NCBI GenBank assembly: GCA_963739455.1
Contig: CAVUAK010000002.1
Location: 384,001 to 448,000, forward strand
Direction: 5' to 3'
Source: an uncultured Gemmatimonadales bacterium
Lineage (GTDB): Bacteria > Gemmatimonadota > Gemmatimonadetes > Gemmatimonadales > GWC2-71-9
Length of the DNA stretch: 64,000 nt
Within the stretch, counting starts at the first letter, position 1. Every line of letters begins with the position of its first letter. Positions 10,996 through 22,815 of the stretch are shown piece after piece. A program made the position numbers and the translations under genes. The notes under the pieces are model-generated. The model worked only from the letters and a program-made list of their open reading frames with translations. It was not told the origin of the DNA and did no database searches.

Positions 10996-11891
10996 GTGGT
11001 AAGCGCGATCCGCAGTTGGTCATGCCAGGCCGGCGACCGGATGCCGAACCGCGTGGCCGCGAGGGCATTGTCCAGCACAGAGTAGGCTGGGCGAGGCGCC
11101 AGAGCACCGTAGTCTGCCGTACTGACCGGCTCAAGCCGACGAACGATCTGCGCCTCGCGCGCGGGGTCGAGCGCGATCACCGCTTCAGCCAGCGCGTGCC
11201 ATGTCGTGACCCCACCGCCGGACAGGTGCAGCAAGCCACCATGCGCCCCGAATCCGGCCTGCAGCCCACCCTCGTGGCCACGCAGCTGCTGGATTATCAC
11301 GGCCACCGACTCCGCGAGCCAGCGTGCCCACGTCGGTGCTCCATGCTGGTCATCAACCACACGGATCAGATCGCGCTCATGGGCAAGTCGAAGCATTGTG
11401 CGAACAAAATTGTGGCCGTGCATCCCGTACACCCAGCTGGTCCGGATGATCAGGTGTGATGCACCGCTCGCCGCGAGCGCGCCTTCGCCCGCGAGCTTTG
11501 TGCGACCGTACACGTTTATCGGGGCCGCGAGCTCGTCCTCACGTCGGGGTCGCCGGACAGTTCCATCGAAGACGTAGTCGGAGGAGAAGTGAACCACCAC
11601 GGCGCCCATCTCCCGCGCCGCGCGGCCGATCGTCCCGGGCGCCTTACCGTTGATCAACATGGCGAGGTCCGGCTCTTCTTCGGCACGATCGACCGCAGTA
11701 TACGCCGCGGCATTGATGACGACCGCCGGCCGCCACTGCTTCAGTGCCGAAGCGATCGCCACCTCAGAGGTCAGGTCCAGTTGCTGCCGCGTCAGAGGCA
11801 CCACCGCATTCGACGGGGCCAGCGCGCGCGCCAGCTCGCGTCCCACCTGGCCGTGGGCACCGAATAGCAAGATACGCATCGGTCCCGTCAT
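10992..11891 (-). CDS. rmlD: dTDP-4-dehydrorhamnose reductase
   Basis: GAHGQVG, NAAAYTAVDRAE, SSDYVFDG, YGRTKLAGE, PRPAYS. Confidence 0.95.
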   Translation of the reverse strand: MTGPMRILLFGAHGQVGRELARALAPSNAVVPLTRQQLDLTSEVAIASALKQWRPAVVINAAAYTAVDRAEEEPDLAMLINGKAPGTIGRAAREMGAVVVHFSSDYVFDGTVRRPRREDELAAPINVYGRTKLAGEGALAASGASHLIIRTSWVYGMHGHNFVRTMLRLAHERDLIRVVDDQHGAPTWARWLAESVAVIIQQLRGHEGGLQAGFGAHGGLLHLSGGGVTTWHALAEAVIALDPAREAQIVRRLEPVSTADYGALAPRPAYSVLDNALAATRFGIRSPAWHDQLRIALTT

Positions 11892-12448
11892 GCGACCCGG
11901 TACTGAGGTAACCGTTCCGGTGGCAGAGTCGAGAGGAGTGAGCCGCTGGCATCCCTTGCCGAAAGGACCGGCTCCCGCATCGGCCACGCGATGCTGAAGG
12001 CCGGATCGTCCCAGCGCAGGACGACTTCGTCGTCCCTGACATATGGAGCGCTAACCTTGTAATGGAACAGGGCGCTTTCGCTAACAACCTGGTACCCGTG
12101 CGCAAAACCCGGCGGCACCCACAACTGACGGTGATTCGCCGCGTCGAGCGTGACGCCAACCCACGCCCCAAAGGTGGGCGATCCCCGCCGAATATCGACG
12201 GCGACGTCGAACACTTCGCCTGACAGGACCGAGATGAGCTTGCCCTGGGCGCTCGGCCATTGGTAATGCAGGCCACGCAGGACGCCGCGGCTTGATGAGG
12301 AGAGATTGTCCTGTACGAACCTGCCCGGAATATCGTGGGCACTGTAGCGCACGCCCTGCCATAGCTCCAGAAAGAAGCCGCGATCGTCGCCGTGTACCAC
12401 GGGCTCCAGCAACAGCACATCCGCGATGGCTGTCGGAAGCACCCTCAT
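11888..12448 (-). CDS. rmlC: dTDP-4-dehydrorhamnose 3,5-epimerase
   Basis: [37 protein letters not shown]. Confidence 0.97.
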   Translation of the reverse strand: MRVLPTAIADVLLLEPVVHGDDRGFFLELWQGVRYSAHDIPGRFVQDNLSSSSRGVLRGLHYQWPSAQGKLISVLSGEVFDVAVDIRRGSPTFGAWVGVTLDAANHRQLWVPPGFAHGYQVVSESALFHYKVSAPYVRDDEVVLRWDDPAFSIAWPMREPVLSARDASGSLLSTLPPERLPQYRVA

Positions 12449-13320
12449 GACGGCCCGTGCGGCAGCAGTTTCGCCAGGTAGGCTCCATAAGTGCTGCCGC
12501 GCAACTCATCGGCGCGACGGACCAGCAGGGCATCGTCGAGCCAGCCGCTTCGCCACGCAATCTCCTCTGGAACGCCGACCTTCAGCCCCTGCCGCTTCTC
12601 CAGCGTCTGAATAAAGCTCGCCGCCTCCAGCAGAGACTCGCAGGTTCCGGTGTCGAGCCAGGCGAAGCCGCGCCCCAATATTTCCATGCGCAGCTGGCCA
12701 CGGCGCAAGTATTCGAGGTTCACGTCCGTTATCTCGTATTCGCCCCGCTTGGATGGCCGGAGTGCCGCCGCAATGTCGGCAACCTGCGCATCGTAGAAGT
12801 AGAGGCCGGTTACGGCATAGCTGGACCTGGGGCGCGCCGGCTTTTCCTCGATGCTCAAGACCTCCCCAGTGTCGGTGACTTCAGCCACCCCGTAGCGTTC
12901 AGGATCGCTCACGTGATAGCCGAAAATTGTTGCCCCCGTCGGTCTCGAGGCCGCTTGCCGGAGATGTTCCACGAGGCCATGCCCGTAGAAGATGTTGTCA
13001 CCCAGTACGAGCGCACACGGATCGGCCGCGAGGAACTCCCGGCCGATGACGAACGCTTGTGCCAGTCCCTGTGGTGCCGGCTGTACCGCGTAGGTGAGGG
13101 CAATTCCCCACTGGCTGCCGTCTCCGAGCAACGCACGGAACTGGGCGTGCTCGTGCGGGGTCGTGATCACCAGGATGTCACGGATGCCTGCGAGCATCAG
13201 CGTGGTCAGCGGGTAATAGATCATCGGCTTGTCGTAGACCGGCAGCAGCTGCTTGCTGACCGCCCTCGTCATCGGCCAGAGCCGGCTGCCGGTGCCGCCG
13301 GCGAGAATGATGCCCTTCAC
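12445..13320 (-). CDS. rmlA: Glucose-1-phosphate thymidylyltransferase
   Basis: [43 protein letters not shown]. Start is GTG 13320. Confidence 0.97.
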   Translation of the reverse strand: MKGIILAGGTGSRLWPMTRAVSKQLLPVYDKPMIYYPLTTLMLAGIRDILVITTPHEHAQFRALLGDGSQWGIALTYAVQPAPQGLAQAFVIGREFLAADPCALVLGDNIFYGHGLVEHLRQAASRPTGATIFGYHVSDPERYGVAEVTDTGEVLSIEEKPARPRSSYAVTGLYFYDAQVADIAAALRPSKRGEYEITDVNLEYLRRGQLRMEILGRGFAWLDTGTCESLLEAASFIQTLEKRQGLKVGVPEEIAWRSGWLDDALLVRRADELRGSTYGAYLAKLLPHGPS

Positions 13321-14393
13321 GATGCGCTGCCGGCGCCGAGGCGCTCGCCCCGATACGCACCGCTGAGGACACGCGCGGACCATTCCGGATGGTCGAGGTA
13401 CCAGTTGATGGTCCGCCGAAGCCCCGTCTCGAAATCCACTTCGGGGATCCATCCCAGCTCGCGACGGCATTTTGTGGCATCGATGGCGTAACGCCAGTCA
13501 TGGCCCGGCCGGTCCGCGACGAAGCTCACGAGCCTTGACCGCGGCCCGGCGGGATCGGGCCGGAGCTCGTCGAGGATCGAGCAGATCGTCAGCACCACGT
13601 CAATGTTACGACGCTCGTTGTCGCCCCCGATCGCATAGGTGTCTCCCGGCGTCCCGTGCAGGAGCGCGAGCCGCAACGCCCGGACATGATCCTCCACGTA
13701 GAGCCAGTCCCGCACATTGTCGCCCTTGCCGTACACCGGCAGGGGTGCGCCGGCCAGCGCCTTCTGGATGATGAGCGGAATGAGCTTCTCCGGAAACTGA
13801 TACGGACCGTAGTTGTTCGAGCAGTTGGTGACGACTACGGGGAGGCCGTAAGTGCGAAACCAGGCGCGCGCGAGATGATCGGATGCTGCCTTGCTCGCCG
13901 AGTAGGGTGAGCTCGGATCGTACGGTGTTGTCTCAGTGAAGCGTCCGTCCGGACCGAGCGCGCCGAACACCTCGTCTGTGGAGACGTGAACGAAACGGAA
14001 TGCGCCCGCGCGCGAAGCCGGGAGCGCCCGCCAGTAGTGCAGCGCTTCCTGAAGGAGCGCATAGGTGCCAACGACGTTGGTGTGGATGAATGCGCCTGGG
14101 CCGTCGATCGAACGGTCCACGTGGGATTCCGCGGCGAGGTGCAGTATGGCGTTAGGCTGATGCGCCTGGAGCAATGCGCGCATCACCGCAGTGTCGCCCA
14201 CGTCGGCCCGGGAGAAATGATGCCGGGGACTGCGCTGCGCCCCCGCAAGTGATTCGAGGTTGCCGGCGTACGTGAGCTTGTCGACGTTGACGACGATGCT
14301 ATCCGTCTCACTCAGGAGTTGCCGCACCACCGCAGAACCAATGAATCCCGCACCGCCGGTCACCAGGAGGGTGCCAATCGGCGGCTGGCTCAT
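13317..14393 (-). CDS. rmlB: dTDP-glucose 4,6-dehydratase
   Basis: [44 protein letters not shown]. Confidence 0.97.
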   Translation of the reverse strand: MSQPPIGTLLVTGGAGFIGSAVVRQLLSETDSIVVNVDKLTYAGNLESLAGAQRSPRHHFSRADVGDTAVMRALLQAHQPNAILHLAAESHVDRSIDGPGAFIHTNVVGTYALLQEALHYWRALPASRAGAFRFVHVSTDEVFGALGPDGRFTETTPYDPSSPYSASKAASDHLARAWFRTYGLPVVVTNCSNNYGPYQFPEKLIPLIIQKALAGAPLPVYGKGDNVRDWLYVEDHVRALRLALLHGTPGDTYAIGGDNERRNIDVVLTICSILDELRPDPAGPRSRLVSFVADRPGHDWRYAIDATKCRRELGWIPEVDFETGLRRTINWYLDHPEWSARVLSGAYRGERLGAGSAS

Positions 14394-16366
14394 GCGGCGG
14401 CAGGTGCTCGCGCCGACGACGGGTTCGTCAATGCAGACTCCGATTCAAGCCACGCCTCGAACATGAGCACGTCCCACAACCGGTACTGCCAGTTGCGTTC
14501 GCCCGACAGGTGCTCGACAAGCGTGTCGGCAATGATGTCGGGCTGGAGTATCCCTTCGCGCCGGATGCGATCAGGGGCAAGGAGATCCGTGGCCCACTCG
14601 CGCAGCGGCCCACGGAGCCAGCTGTCGATCGGCACGCCAAATCCCATCTTTGGCCGCTCGACAAGCGCGCGAGGCACGAGCTCATACAGGACCTGGCGAA
14701 GCACCCACTTCCCCTCCCTGCCACGGCATTTGACGCTCATCGGCAGGCGCCAGGCAAACTCGGCAAGCCGGTGATCCAGGAAAGGAGCTCGCGTCTCGAG
14801 GCTCGCTGCCATCGAGGCCCGATCGACCTTCACCATGATGTCATCCGGCAGGTACGTCATCGCGTCGGTGTACATCATCTGTTCCACCATGGATGCGCCG
14901 GGCAATGCATGACCGTTGATTCGACCCGGAGGCTCGGCACCGCCCAGCACCACGCGCGAGGGATCGGGCCAATGCGACACCAGCTCGCGATACATAGCTT
15001 GTGGTGACGACGCGTCAAACACCCCCGCAAGCTTGTGCATCCGGTCGCCGACATGCGCCACGCGGAGACGGTTCGGCAGGAGCCGCTGGGCGACGCCCAG
15101 CACCGCCTGCCACTGCGATGGGGCTACGCGCCACACGGCCTTGGCCGCGGCCCGGCGCAGGGGGCGAGGCCAGGGCGCAAGGTTCGACCAGATGCGCTGT
15201 CCAAGCGCATACCGGTTGTAGCCGCCGAGCAGTTCATCGCCGCCATCGCCGGAGAGAGCCACCGTCACGTGTCGTCGCGCAAGCTGCGCGACGAGCAAGG
15301 TTGGTATCTGTGACGAATCGCCGAAGGGCTCGTCGTATATCGTCGGCAGCAGTGGAATCACCGCGCGCGCCTCAGCCGGCGTGACACGATGCTCCGTGTG
15401 CTCGGTCCCCAGGTGCGCGGCGACTGCCCGGGCGTGCGCTGCCTCGTTGTAGCCCTCTTCGTCGAACCCGATCGTGAACGTCCGGATAGGCCGTGCCGAG
15501 CCCGACTGCATGAAAGCCACTACGGCCGAAGAGTCGATCCCTCCGGACAGGAGCGCGCCGAGCGGCACGTCGGCCACCATCTGGGCCGTAACCGACTCCT
15601 GAAGCCGCTCACGGAAGGCCGCAACCAGCTCATCATCGGACCCTTCAATTGGCGCCGCCATGCCGCGCTCCGCGACCTCCTCGAGCGACCAGTAGGCGAC
15701 GACGTGAGAGGAGCCGTCAGCGCGCACCGTGGCGACGTGCGCCGGCAGGAGCTTGAGGACGCCCTTGAAGATGGAATGCGGCGCGGGGATGTAGTTGAAC
15801 CGCAGGAAGAGCGCGACAGCATTGCGATCGACTTCAGCGCGGAACGCCGGGTGCGCACGAAGCGCCTTTAGCTCGGAACCGAACACGAACGTGCGACCCA
15901 TCCAGCCGTAGTACAGAGGCTTCTCGCCGAACCGGTCACGCGCCAGATGCATCTCGCGTCGCTCGCGATCCCACAACACGATCGCGAACATGCCCGCGAC
16001 GCGCTGCAGGGCGGCCATCACGCCCCACCGTGCCACCGCCTCGAGTAGGACCTCGGTGTCCGAGCGACCGCGGAAGAGGACCCCCGTGGCCTCAAGCTCG
16101 CGGCGCACCTCAGTGAAATTGTAGATCTCGCCATTGTAGGCCAATACCCAGCGCCCGTCACGCGACACCATCGGCTGGTGTCCTTCAGCGCTAAGGTCGA
16201 GAATTGAGAGCCGACGGTGACCGATCGCGACACCAGTCTGGGGGTCAGTCCAGATGCCCGCGTCGTCGGGGCCCCGGTGCCGGAGGCAGTCCGACATACG
16301 GACGACCCATGATTCCGCCTCCCTAGGCAGACCGTCTGCGCACCAAAACCCAGCGATGCCGCACAT
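14390..16366 (-). CDS. asnB: Asparagine synthase (glutamine-hydrolysing) family amidotransferase, polysaccharide-associated
   Basis: N-terminal [48 protein letters not shown]. Confidence 0.93.
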   Translation of the reverse strand: MCGIAGFWCADGLPREAESWVVRMSDCLRHRGPDDAGIWTDPQTGVAIGHRRLSILDLSAEGHQPMVSRDGRWVLAYNGEIYNFTEVRRELEATGVLFRGRSDTEVLLEAVARWGVMAALQRVAGMFAIVLWDRERREMHLARDRFGEKPLYYGWMGRTFVFGSELKALRAHPAFRAEVDRNAVALFLRFNYIPAPHSIFKGVLKLLPAHVATVRADGSSHVVAYWSLEEVAERGMAAPIEGSDDELVAAFRERLQESVTAQMVADVPLGALLSGGIDSSAVVAFMQSGSARPIRTFTIGFDEEGYNEAAHARAVAAHLGTEHTEHRVTPAEARAVIPLLPTIYDEPFGDSSQIPTLLVAQLARRHVTVALSGDGGDELLGGYNRYALGQRIWSNLAPWPRPLRRAAAKAVWRVAPSQWQAVLGVAQRLLPNRLRVAHVGDRMHKLAGVFDASSPQAMYRELVSHWPDPSRVVLGGAEPPGRINGHALPGASMVEQMMYTDAMTYLPDDIMVKVDRASMAASLETRAPFLDHRLAEFAWRLPMSVKCRGREGKWVLRQVLYELVPRALVERPKMGFGVPIDSWLRGPLREWATDLLAPDRIRREGILQPDIIADTLVEHLSGERNWQYRLWDVLMFEAWLESESALTNPSSARAPAAA

Positions 16367-16490
16367 GCGCTAAGTGGTTCTCCCCGCAGGCAGTAGGCTG
16401 AAAGTCGCGCGTCGCGAAGGGGGAAATTAAGGGGCGCCGGGTACCGAATTGAAGTGCGCCGCTGCAAGATGATGAGCGGGGCGGTCGCAC

Positions 16491-16519
16491 TTGCCAAGGG
16501 AAGCGTGACCTCCTAGGTT
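16491..16519 (+). promoter_or_regulatory. Putative sigma70 promoter of the ICL-like gene
   Basis: TTGCCA (16491-16496), 17-nt spacer, TAGGTT (16514-16519). Confidence 0.55.
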
Positions 16520-16536
16520 TGTGAAACTTTTCACAA
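16519..16536. promoter_or_regulatory. Palindromic operator TTGTGAA-N4-TTCACAA (Rex consensus; also contains the CRP-type TGTGA-N6-TCACA)
   Basis: Sequence TTGTGAAACTTTTCACAA, directly at the predicted -10/TSS. Confidence 0.75.
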
Positions 16537-16612
16537 TCTCCTTCTCGCGCCTTTTACGTGCGTGGGACGGCGTGGCTTACATTTGTTCATCCTCAGCACC
16601 CTGGAGTTTCCG

Positions 16613-17755
16613 ATGACGGCGACAGTGAATCCCCAATCCCCGGCGACCGGAAAGGTTGCCTTCCCTGCCGCCGAGGTCGGCAAGCTCCTCGCTCCGCCCG
16701 AAACCGAGAACCCAGCCACCAAGCTGCGCCGCCTCCTGCATGAGGCCCGCGACAAGGGCAGCTATCTGCATTCTGCTGGGGCGTACGACGCATATACCGC
16801 GGCACTGATGACCAAGTTGGGATTCAAGGCTCTTTACGGCAGCGGTTGGCAACTCGCAGCAACGTGGAACATGTATCCCGACATCGGCGTCTATCATTCC
16901 CACCAGATGGCCGAGTTGACGCTCATGCTCCGTAAGGGGATTGAGGGCGCACGGCACACCACTTGGTTCGACACCGAGGGCGCAGAACTCCTCGAGATGC
17001 CGCCCGTCTTCGTAGACATGGAGGCGGGCTTTGGTGGTCCGGGTCAGACGTTCACTCTCGCTTCCGAGTTGATTAGGGTTGGCGCTGCCGGCGTGCACCT
17101 CGAGAACCAAGACCCATCCGACCGTACGTGCGGTCACATCGTCAACGTCGGGAAGGCGAAGCGCGACAAGGTCCTCGTGCCCCGCAAGGCGTGGATCGCC
17201 AAGTTGAAGGCGATCAAGGCAGCGAGCGATGCCGCCGGTCATCCGCTGGTGAGCATCGCACGGACCGATTCAGTCGACGGCGCCATCCCCGGCCAGCCTC
17301 AGGGCGGCGTGAAGATGGCCATCGAGGACGCGTGGGAAGCGGCGGAACTGGGCTGTGACGTGATCTGGGCCGAGTTCAACAATGTCGAACTGGACCAGCC
17401 GCGTGAGTTCGCGGAAGGTGTGCGCAAGTACTATCCCAACCAGATGCTCGGGTTCAACCTTTCGCCGTCGCTCTACTGGGGAAAGGCGAAGAAGGCGGGC
17501 ACGCTGATCACCAACCAGCAGTTGGCTGACCTGGGCTACACACTCCAGTTCTCGACGCTCTTCAATTTCCGCACGGTGGGCCTGGCGCTCGACAAGGGCT
17601 TGCGGAAGTTCAAGAGCTCCGGCCTCGATGCGCTTGCTGACCTGCAGATTCAGGAAGACGAGGCCGAAGGCGGTGCACCCCTCACCAAGATGCACCAGAA
17701 GTTCGCCGGCATGAATCGCTGGCTGATGCTTGAGCAGGTCTTGAGCGAGAAGTAG
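16613..17755 (+). CDS. Isocitrate lyase-family enzyme (divergent AceA-like)
   Basis: LYGSGWQ, MYPD, DMEAGFGG, HLENQ...RTCGH, KVLVP, ARTDS, IWAE, NLSPS, QFSTL, HQKFAG. ATG 16613 follows a GGAG RBS. Confidence 0.85.
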   Translation: MTATVNPQSPATGKVAFPAAEVGKLLAPPETENPATKLRRLLHEARDKGSYLHSAGAYDAYTAALMTKLGFKALYGSGWQLAATWNMYPDIGVYHSHQMAELTLMLRKGIEGARHTTWFDTEGAELLEMPPVFVDMEAGFGGPGQTFTLASELIRVGAAGVHLENQDPSDRTCGHIVNVGKAKRDKVLVPRKAWIAKLKAIKAASDAAGHPLVSIARTDSVDGAIPGQPQGGVKMAIEDAWEAAELGCDVIWAEFNNVELDQPREFAEGVRKYYPNQMLGFNLSPSLYWGKAKKAGTLITNQQLADLGYTLQFSTLFNFRTVGLALDKGLRKFKSSGLDALADLQIQEDEAEGGAPLTKMHQKFAGMNRWLMLEQVLSEK

Positions 17756-17778
17756 GCAAGCGCGGATCCTCGTGTGAG

Positions 17779-17806
17779 GGCCGACGCGCGGGTGCGTCGG
17801 CCTTTT
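17779..17806 (+). terminator. Rho-independent terminator after the ICL-like gene
   Basis: GGCCGACGC-GCGGGT-GCGTCGGCC followed by TTTT. Confidence 0.75.
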
Positions 17807-17851
17807 GCGTTGGCGTCACCGGTCCAGCATTTCTCCCGCTATCTTGGTCCC

Positions 17852-19030
17852 ATGCGTCGCCTCAAGGTTCTTCATGTCATCGTCGGACTCGATGTGGGCG
17901 GGGCCGAGCGAACGCTCCAACGCCTCATTGGCCCATGTGACGGCACTCCCAGTCACGAGAACCTCGTGGTGTCGTTGACCACGCTGGGTCGATTGGGGCC
18001 AGCCATTCAAGCCAGCGGAGTCCGTGTTCTGCCAATGGACATGCGAGGCTCACGCCACGCGCTCCGCACGCTCTGGATGCTCCGCCGGCTGATTGTCTCC
18101 GAGAAGCCGGACATTGTGCAGTGCTGGATGTATCACTCCGACCTGCTGGGAGGCGTGGCCGCGCGACTTGCCGGGCACTCCCGCATCGTCTGGGGCATTC
18201 GCACCACGGACCTCGTGCGGGGCAGCTCACGGGTGACAGCCGTCTTGCGCCGCGTTTGCGCTCTCCTGTCGCACTTCGTTCCGCGGCTCATAGTCTGTGC
18301 GGCCGAGGCGGCCCGCCGCGCTCATGCGGCGGACGGCTATGACACGTCGCGCATGATCGTCATTCCCAACGGTTTTGACACATCGCGATCACCCGGCGCC
18401 GTCGATGACGCGCGGCAGCTGAGGCTGCAGTATGCGATCGAGTCCGGCGCCGTCGTCATCGGTTGCGTATCACGGTTCAACGTGTACAAAGACCTGCGAA
18501 CCTTCGTGCAGGCCGCCGGGAAGGTGGCGGCCCAGCGTGCTGACGTGCGTATCCTCATGGTTGGGCTTGGGCTGGACGCGAGCAACCCGACACTTGCTTC
18601 ATGGGTCGAGGAGACCGGATGTAGCCGGCGATTTGTCTTGCTTGGGGAGCGTTCTGACGTCCCCGCCTGTCTCGCGGCGATGGATATCTTCTGCCTGTCA
18701 TCGCGTTCGGAGGGACTACCGAATGCTGTGGCCGAAGCCATGGCGATGGAAGTGCCCTGCGTGGTGACAGACGTGGGGGATGCCGCGATGCTGGTGGCCG
18801 ATACGGGGCTCATCGTTCCGAGAGAGGAACCGACGGCTCTTGCATCTGCGCTGTCGACGATGGCTGATATGCCGCGCGCTGCCCGCCAGGACCTTGGAAG
18901 GCGGGCGCGCCGGCGCATCGAGCGCGACTTTTCTGTCGCCGCCATGCACGAACGCTATGATGCGGCTTATGCCGCGGTCATGAGCGGCAAGGTGCTATCA
19001 GGTGTTCAGGTCGCGCCGGGAACGGAGTAG
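17852..19030 (+). CDS. GT4 glycosyltransferase (WbnK-like)
   Basis: [47 protein letters not shown]. Confidence 0.9.
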   Translation: MRRLKVLHVIVGLDVGGAERTLQRLIGPCDGTPSHENLVVSLTTLGRLGPAIQASGVRVLPMDMRGSRHALRTLWMLRRLIVSEKPDIVQCWMYHSDLLGGVAARLAGHSRIVWGIRTTDLVRGSSRVTAVLRRVCALLSHFVPRLIVCAAEAARRAHAADGYDTSRMIVIPNGFDTSRSPGAVDDARQLRLQYAIESGAVVIGCVSRFNVYKDLRTFVQAAGKVAAQRADVRILMVGLGLDASNPTLASWVEETGCSRRFVLLGERSDVPACLAAMDIFCLSSRSEGLPNAVAEAMAMEVPCVVTDVGDAAMLVADTGLIVPREEPTALASALSTMADMPRAARQDLGRRARRRIERDFSVAAMHERYDAAYAAVMSGKVLSGVQVAPGTE

Positions 19031-20025
19031 TACTCCCGGTACCACGCCACAAACCGCCGAATCCCGTCCTCGATAGGCGTCGACGGCTTGAACCCGACAT
19101 CACGGGTCAGGTCGTCGACGTCAGCCCAGGTGGCCGGAACATCACCCGGCTGCAGCGGCAGCATGCGCTTCTCCGCCTTCTGCCCGAGCACCCGCTCCAG
19201 CGTCCCGATCATGTCCATCAGCTCGACCGGGTTGTTGTTGCCGATGTTGTACACCCGGTATGGCGCCGAGCTCGTCCCCGGATCGGGCACCTCGCTCGAA
19301 TAGTCCGGGTTCGGTGCCGCGACGCGATCCGCCGTGCGCACGATCCCCTCGACGATGTCATCGATGTAGGTGAAGTCCCGCCGCATCTTCCCGTGATTGA
19401 AGACGTCGATCGGCTTCCCCTCGAGGATGGCCTTGGTGAAGAGGAACATCGCCATGTCGGGCCGGCCCCACGGCCCGTAGACCGTGAAGAACCGCAGCCC
19501 CGTGGTCGGCAGGTTGTAGAGATGGCTGTAGGTGTGCGCCATCAGCTCGTTCGCCTTCTTGCTCGCGGCGTACAGGCTGACCGGATGGTCGATGTTGTCG
19601 TGGATGCTGAACGGCTGCCTGGTATTGCCGCCGTACACGCTGCTCGAGGAGGCGTAGACCAGGTGCCGCACCGCCTGATGGCGGCATCCCTCGAGGATGT
19701 TCATGAAGCCGGCAAGGTTGCTCTGGACGTACGCGTGCGGATTGGTGAGCGAGTAGCGAACGCCGGCCTGGGCTGCGAGGTGGATCACCACCTCAGGTTT
19801 CCGCTCGGCAAAGACTCGCGCCATCCCGTCATTGTCGGAAACGTCGAGCTTGATGAAGTCGTACCCGCGCTTGCCGTCGAGCCGCGCCATCCGCGCATGC
19901 TTCAGGCGCACGTCGTAATAGTCGTTGACGTTGTCGAGGCCGGTCACCTCGTCGCCACGGGCGAGAAGACGTTCCGCCACGTGATAACCGATGAATCCCG
20001 CCGTCCCCGTCACCAGATAGCGCAC
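19006..20025 (-). CDS. UDP-glucuronate 4-epimerase
   Basis: [51 protein letters not shown]. Confidence 0.9.
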   Translation of the reverse strand: MRYLVTGTAGFIGYHVAERLLARGDEVTGLDNVNDYYDVRLKHARMARLDGKRGYDFIKLDVSDNDGMARVFAERKPEVVIHLAAQAGVRYSLTNPHAYVQSNLAGFMNILEGCRHQAVRHLVYASSSSVYGGNTRQPFSIHDNIDHPVSLYAASKKANELMAHTYSHLYNLPTTGLRFFTVYGPWGRPDMAMFLFTKAILEGKPIDVFNHGKMRRDFTYIDDIVEGIVRTADRVAAPNPDYSSEVPDPGTSSAPYRVYNIGNNNPVELMDMIGTLERVLGQKAEKRMLPLQPGDVPATWADVDDLTRDVGFKPSTPIEDGIRRFVAWYREYYSVPGAT

Positions 20026-20054
20026 CCTGCCTCCTCAGCGTTCCCCTGAAGCCC

Positions 20055-21368
20055 TCAGCCCGTGGCGCGCGAGCGCTGCGTGTCGTCCCCTCGCCGCACT
20101 TCCACACCCTCGCGTTCCAGCCGCTCCGCCTGCCAATCCTCAAGCCGGACGGTGAGTTCCTCGGTGCCATCCTCCGAGCGGCGGTCCAGGACCTCCCCCA
20201 CCCGGTACATCTCGGCAAGCCTCGCGCCATCGGCAGTCGGCACCCGGACAGTGGACGACCGGGCGCTCCTTCCGCGCCAGCGCACGGAGCGACTTCTTGA
20301 GCGCGGCCAGGCCGTCGGTGCGCATGGTGGTGGTGAGCACGGAGTCGGGATTCTCATGCTGGGCGCGGGCGGCGACACCGACCGCGTCGACCAGGAGGTC
20401 GATCTTGTTGAACACCGGGATGACGGGCTTCTCCGACAGGTCGAGTTCATCGAGGACTTCCTCGACCACGCGCATCTGGTCTTCCCACTCCGGGTGGCTG
20501 GCGTCCACCACGTGGAGCAGCACGTCGGCCTCGCGTGCCTCCTCCAGCGTGGCACGGAAGCTCGCCACCAGCTGGTGCGGAAGCTTGCGGATGAACCCGA
20601 CCGTGTCGGTGACCCGCGCGCGATAGCCCTCGCCGATGTCCACGACGCGCGTCAGGGTATCGAGCGTCGCGAACAGGCGGTCCTCCACCACGATGTCGTG
20701 CTCGCCACTCAGGGCGCGCAGGAGGCTCGACTTGCCGGCGTTGGTATAGCCCACGAGCGCGGCACGCCAGCATCGACTCGCGACCCTCGCGCACCGTGGT
20801 GCGGTGGCGTCCCACGCCGCGCAGCTTCTCGCGCAGCAGCTGGATCTTCTTGCGGATCATCCGCCGGTCGGTCTCGAGCTGGGTTTCGCCGGGACCGCGC
20901 AGGCCGATGCCGCCCCGGATGCGCGACAAGTGGGTCCACATGCGCGTGAGGCGGGGCAGCATGTACTCGAGCTGCGCGAGCTCCACCTGGAGCTTCGCCT
21001 CGTGGCTCCTGGCCCGGGTGGAGAAGATGTCGAGGATGACCTCCGCGCGATCCATGACCCGCACCTTGAGCTCGCGCTCCAGGTTGGCGCCCTGCGTCGG
21101 CGTCAGCTCCTCGTCGAAAATGACGAGCGTACGCGTTCTTCTCGACGCACGCGAGGCGAACCTCCTCGACCTTGCCCTCGCCGATGAGGAACCCTGGTGT
21201 CGGTGACTGGATCTGCTGGGTGATGCGACCGACCACCTCGGCGCCGGCGGTGTCGACCAGCCGGGCCAGTTCATCGAGGTGCTCGTCCATGAGGGAGACA
21301 TCTCGCGTGCCCTTCCGCGGAGCTGCGATCAGCAGCGCGCGTTCCAGCGGGTCGCGGACGTCGATCAT
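20055..21368 (-). CDS. hflX: GTPase HflX (frameshifted)
   Basis: [59 protein letters not shown], across several frames. Confidence 0.92.
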
Positions 21369-21439
21369 GGTGCGGATGGTCTACTGGCCTCTCGTCGTGG
21401 GTGATGACCTGCCTGAATATAGGCGGGCCTGTCGAAAAG

Positions 21440-22814
21440 TTAGGTGCCCTCGCTGCCCTCGCCCGGCTCCTTCGGACCTGCCGCCCGGGCCCGCCACCAC
21501 GCCATCCGCTCGGCGATGCGCTTCTCGTGGCCCATGCTGCCCGGCTCGTAGAAGGTCGTACCCCGCAGTTCATCCGGGAGGTACTCCTGCGCGATGAAGT
21601 GACTCGGGTCATCGTGCGCATAGCGGTACGCCTTGCCGTAGCCGAGATCCTTCATGAGCGGCCGTCGGGCGCGTTGCGAAGGTGGATCGGCACCGCCGCG
21701 GACGGCGTGCGTCGCGCCGCCTCGAGTGCGGCACCCAGCGCAGCCACGATGCTGTTGGACTTGGGGGCGGTGGCGAGGTACACCGTCATCTCGGCCAGCG
21801 GCAACAGGCCCTCGGGAACGCCCAGCATGTGCACCGCGTCCCGCGCGGCCACCGCGATCATGAGCGCCTGCGGGTCGGCGAGCCCGATATCCTCTGCCGC
21901 CATCGCAATGGCGCGCCGGCACAGCACCAGCGGATCCTCCCCCGCTTCGATCATCCGCGCCATCCAGTAGAGCGCGCCCTGTGGGTCGCTCCCCCGCAGC
22001 GACTTGTGGTACGCCGACAGGATGTTGAAGTGACTCTCGCCCGCCTTGTCGTGACGCGGCAGGCGACGCTGGAAGGCGTCCTGCAGCACCTCGAGCGTGA
22101 TCCGCCCGCGCACGCCCAACCTGTGCGGCGGCGGCCTCGAGCACGGTGAGGGCGCGACGGGCATCGCCGTCAGACTTCCACGGCGAGCCGCGGGAACACC
22201 TCGTCATCGACCGTGAGCTCCATGCCGCCGAGACCCAGCTCGCGGTCGTCGCGCGCGCGCACCAGCAGCGATCTCGAGGTCAGCTGGCGTGAGCGACTCG
22301 AGCACGATCACGCGCGCGCGCGAGAGCAGCGCCGCGTTGAGTTCGAAGCTCGGGTTCTCGGTCGTCGCACCAATGAGCGTGACGGTGCCGTCCTCGACCG
22401 CCGGCAGCAGGCTGTCCTGCTGGGACTTGTTGAGGCGGTGGATCTCATCCACGAACAGCACCGTGCCCGCGCCACCCGATGCGAGGCGGCCGCGCGCCAG
22501 GTCGAAGATCTCGCGCAGTCGAGGCACGCCCTCGCTCGTGGCGCTGAACGGCTCGAAGGCACGGCCGGCCGCGCGCGCGATCAGGTGGCCGAGCGTGGTC
22601 TTGCCCGGTGCCGGGCGGTCCCCAGAGTACCAGTGACCCCGTCTCGCCCCGCTCGATCGCTGTCCGGAGCGGCGCGCCGGCGAGCGGTGACATGCGGCTG
22701 GCCAACGTATTCGTCGAGCGTGCGCGGCCGCATCCGCGCCGCAAGCGGACGGGGGTCGCGCGCGGCAAGGAAGAGGTTCTCGGAAGACTCTGGAGCAGTG
22801 CGGCGGGGCGGCAC
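21440..22814 (-). CDS. rarA: Replication-associated recombination protein A (MgsA/RarA), frameshifted
   Basis: PLAARMRPRTLDEYVGQ, WGPPGTG, FVDEIHRLNKSQQD, GATTENPSF, KSLRGSD, EDIGLADP, PKSN, YRYAHD. Confidence 0.92.
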
Positions 22815-22815
22815 G

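Noticed and set aside
16613..17755. PEP mutase / phosphonate decoration of the polysaccharide
   Set aside because: The protein keeps the lyase CGH cysteine and ICL-type motifs, lacks the EDK-x5-NS PEP mutase motif, and no phosphonopyruvate decarboxylase is nearby
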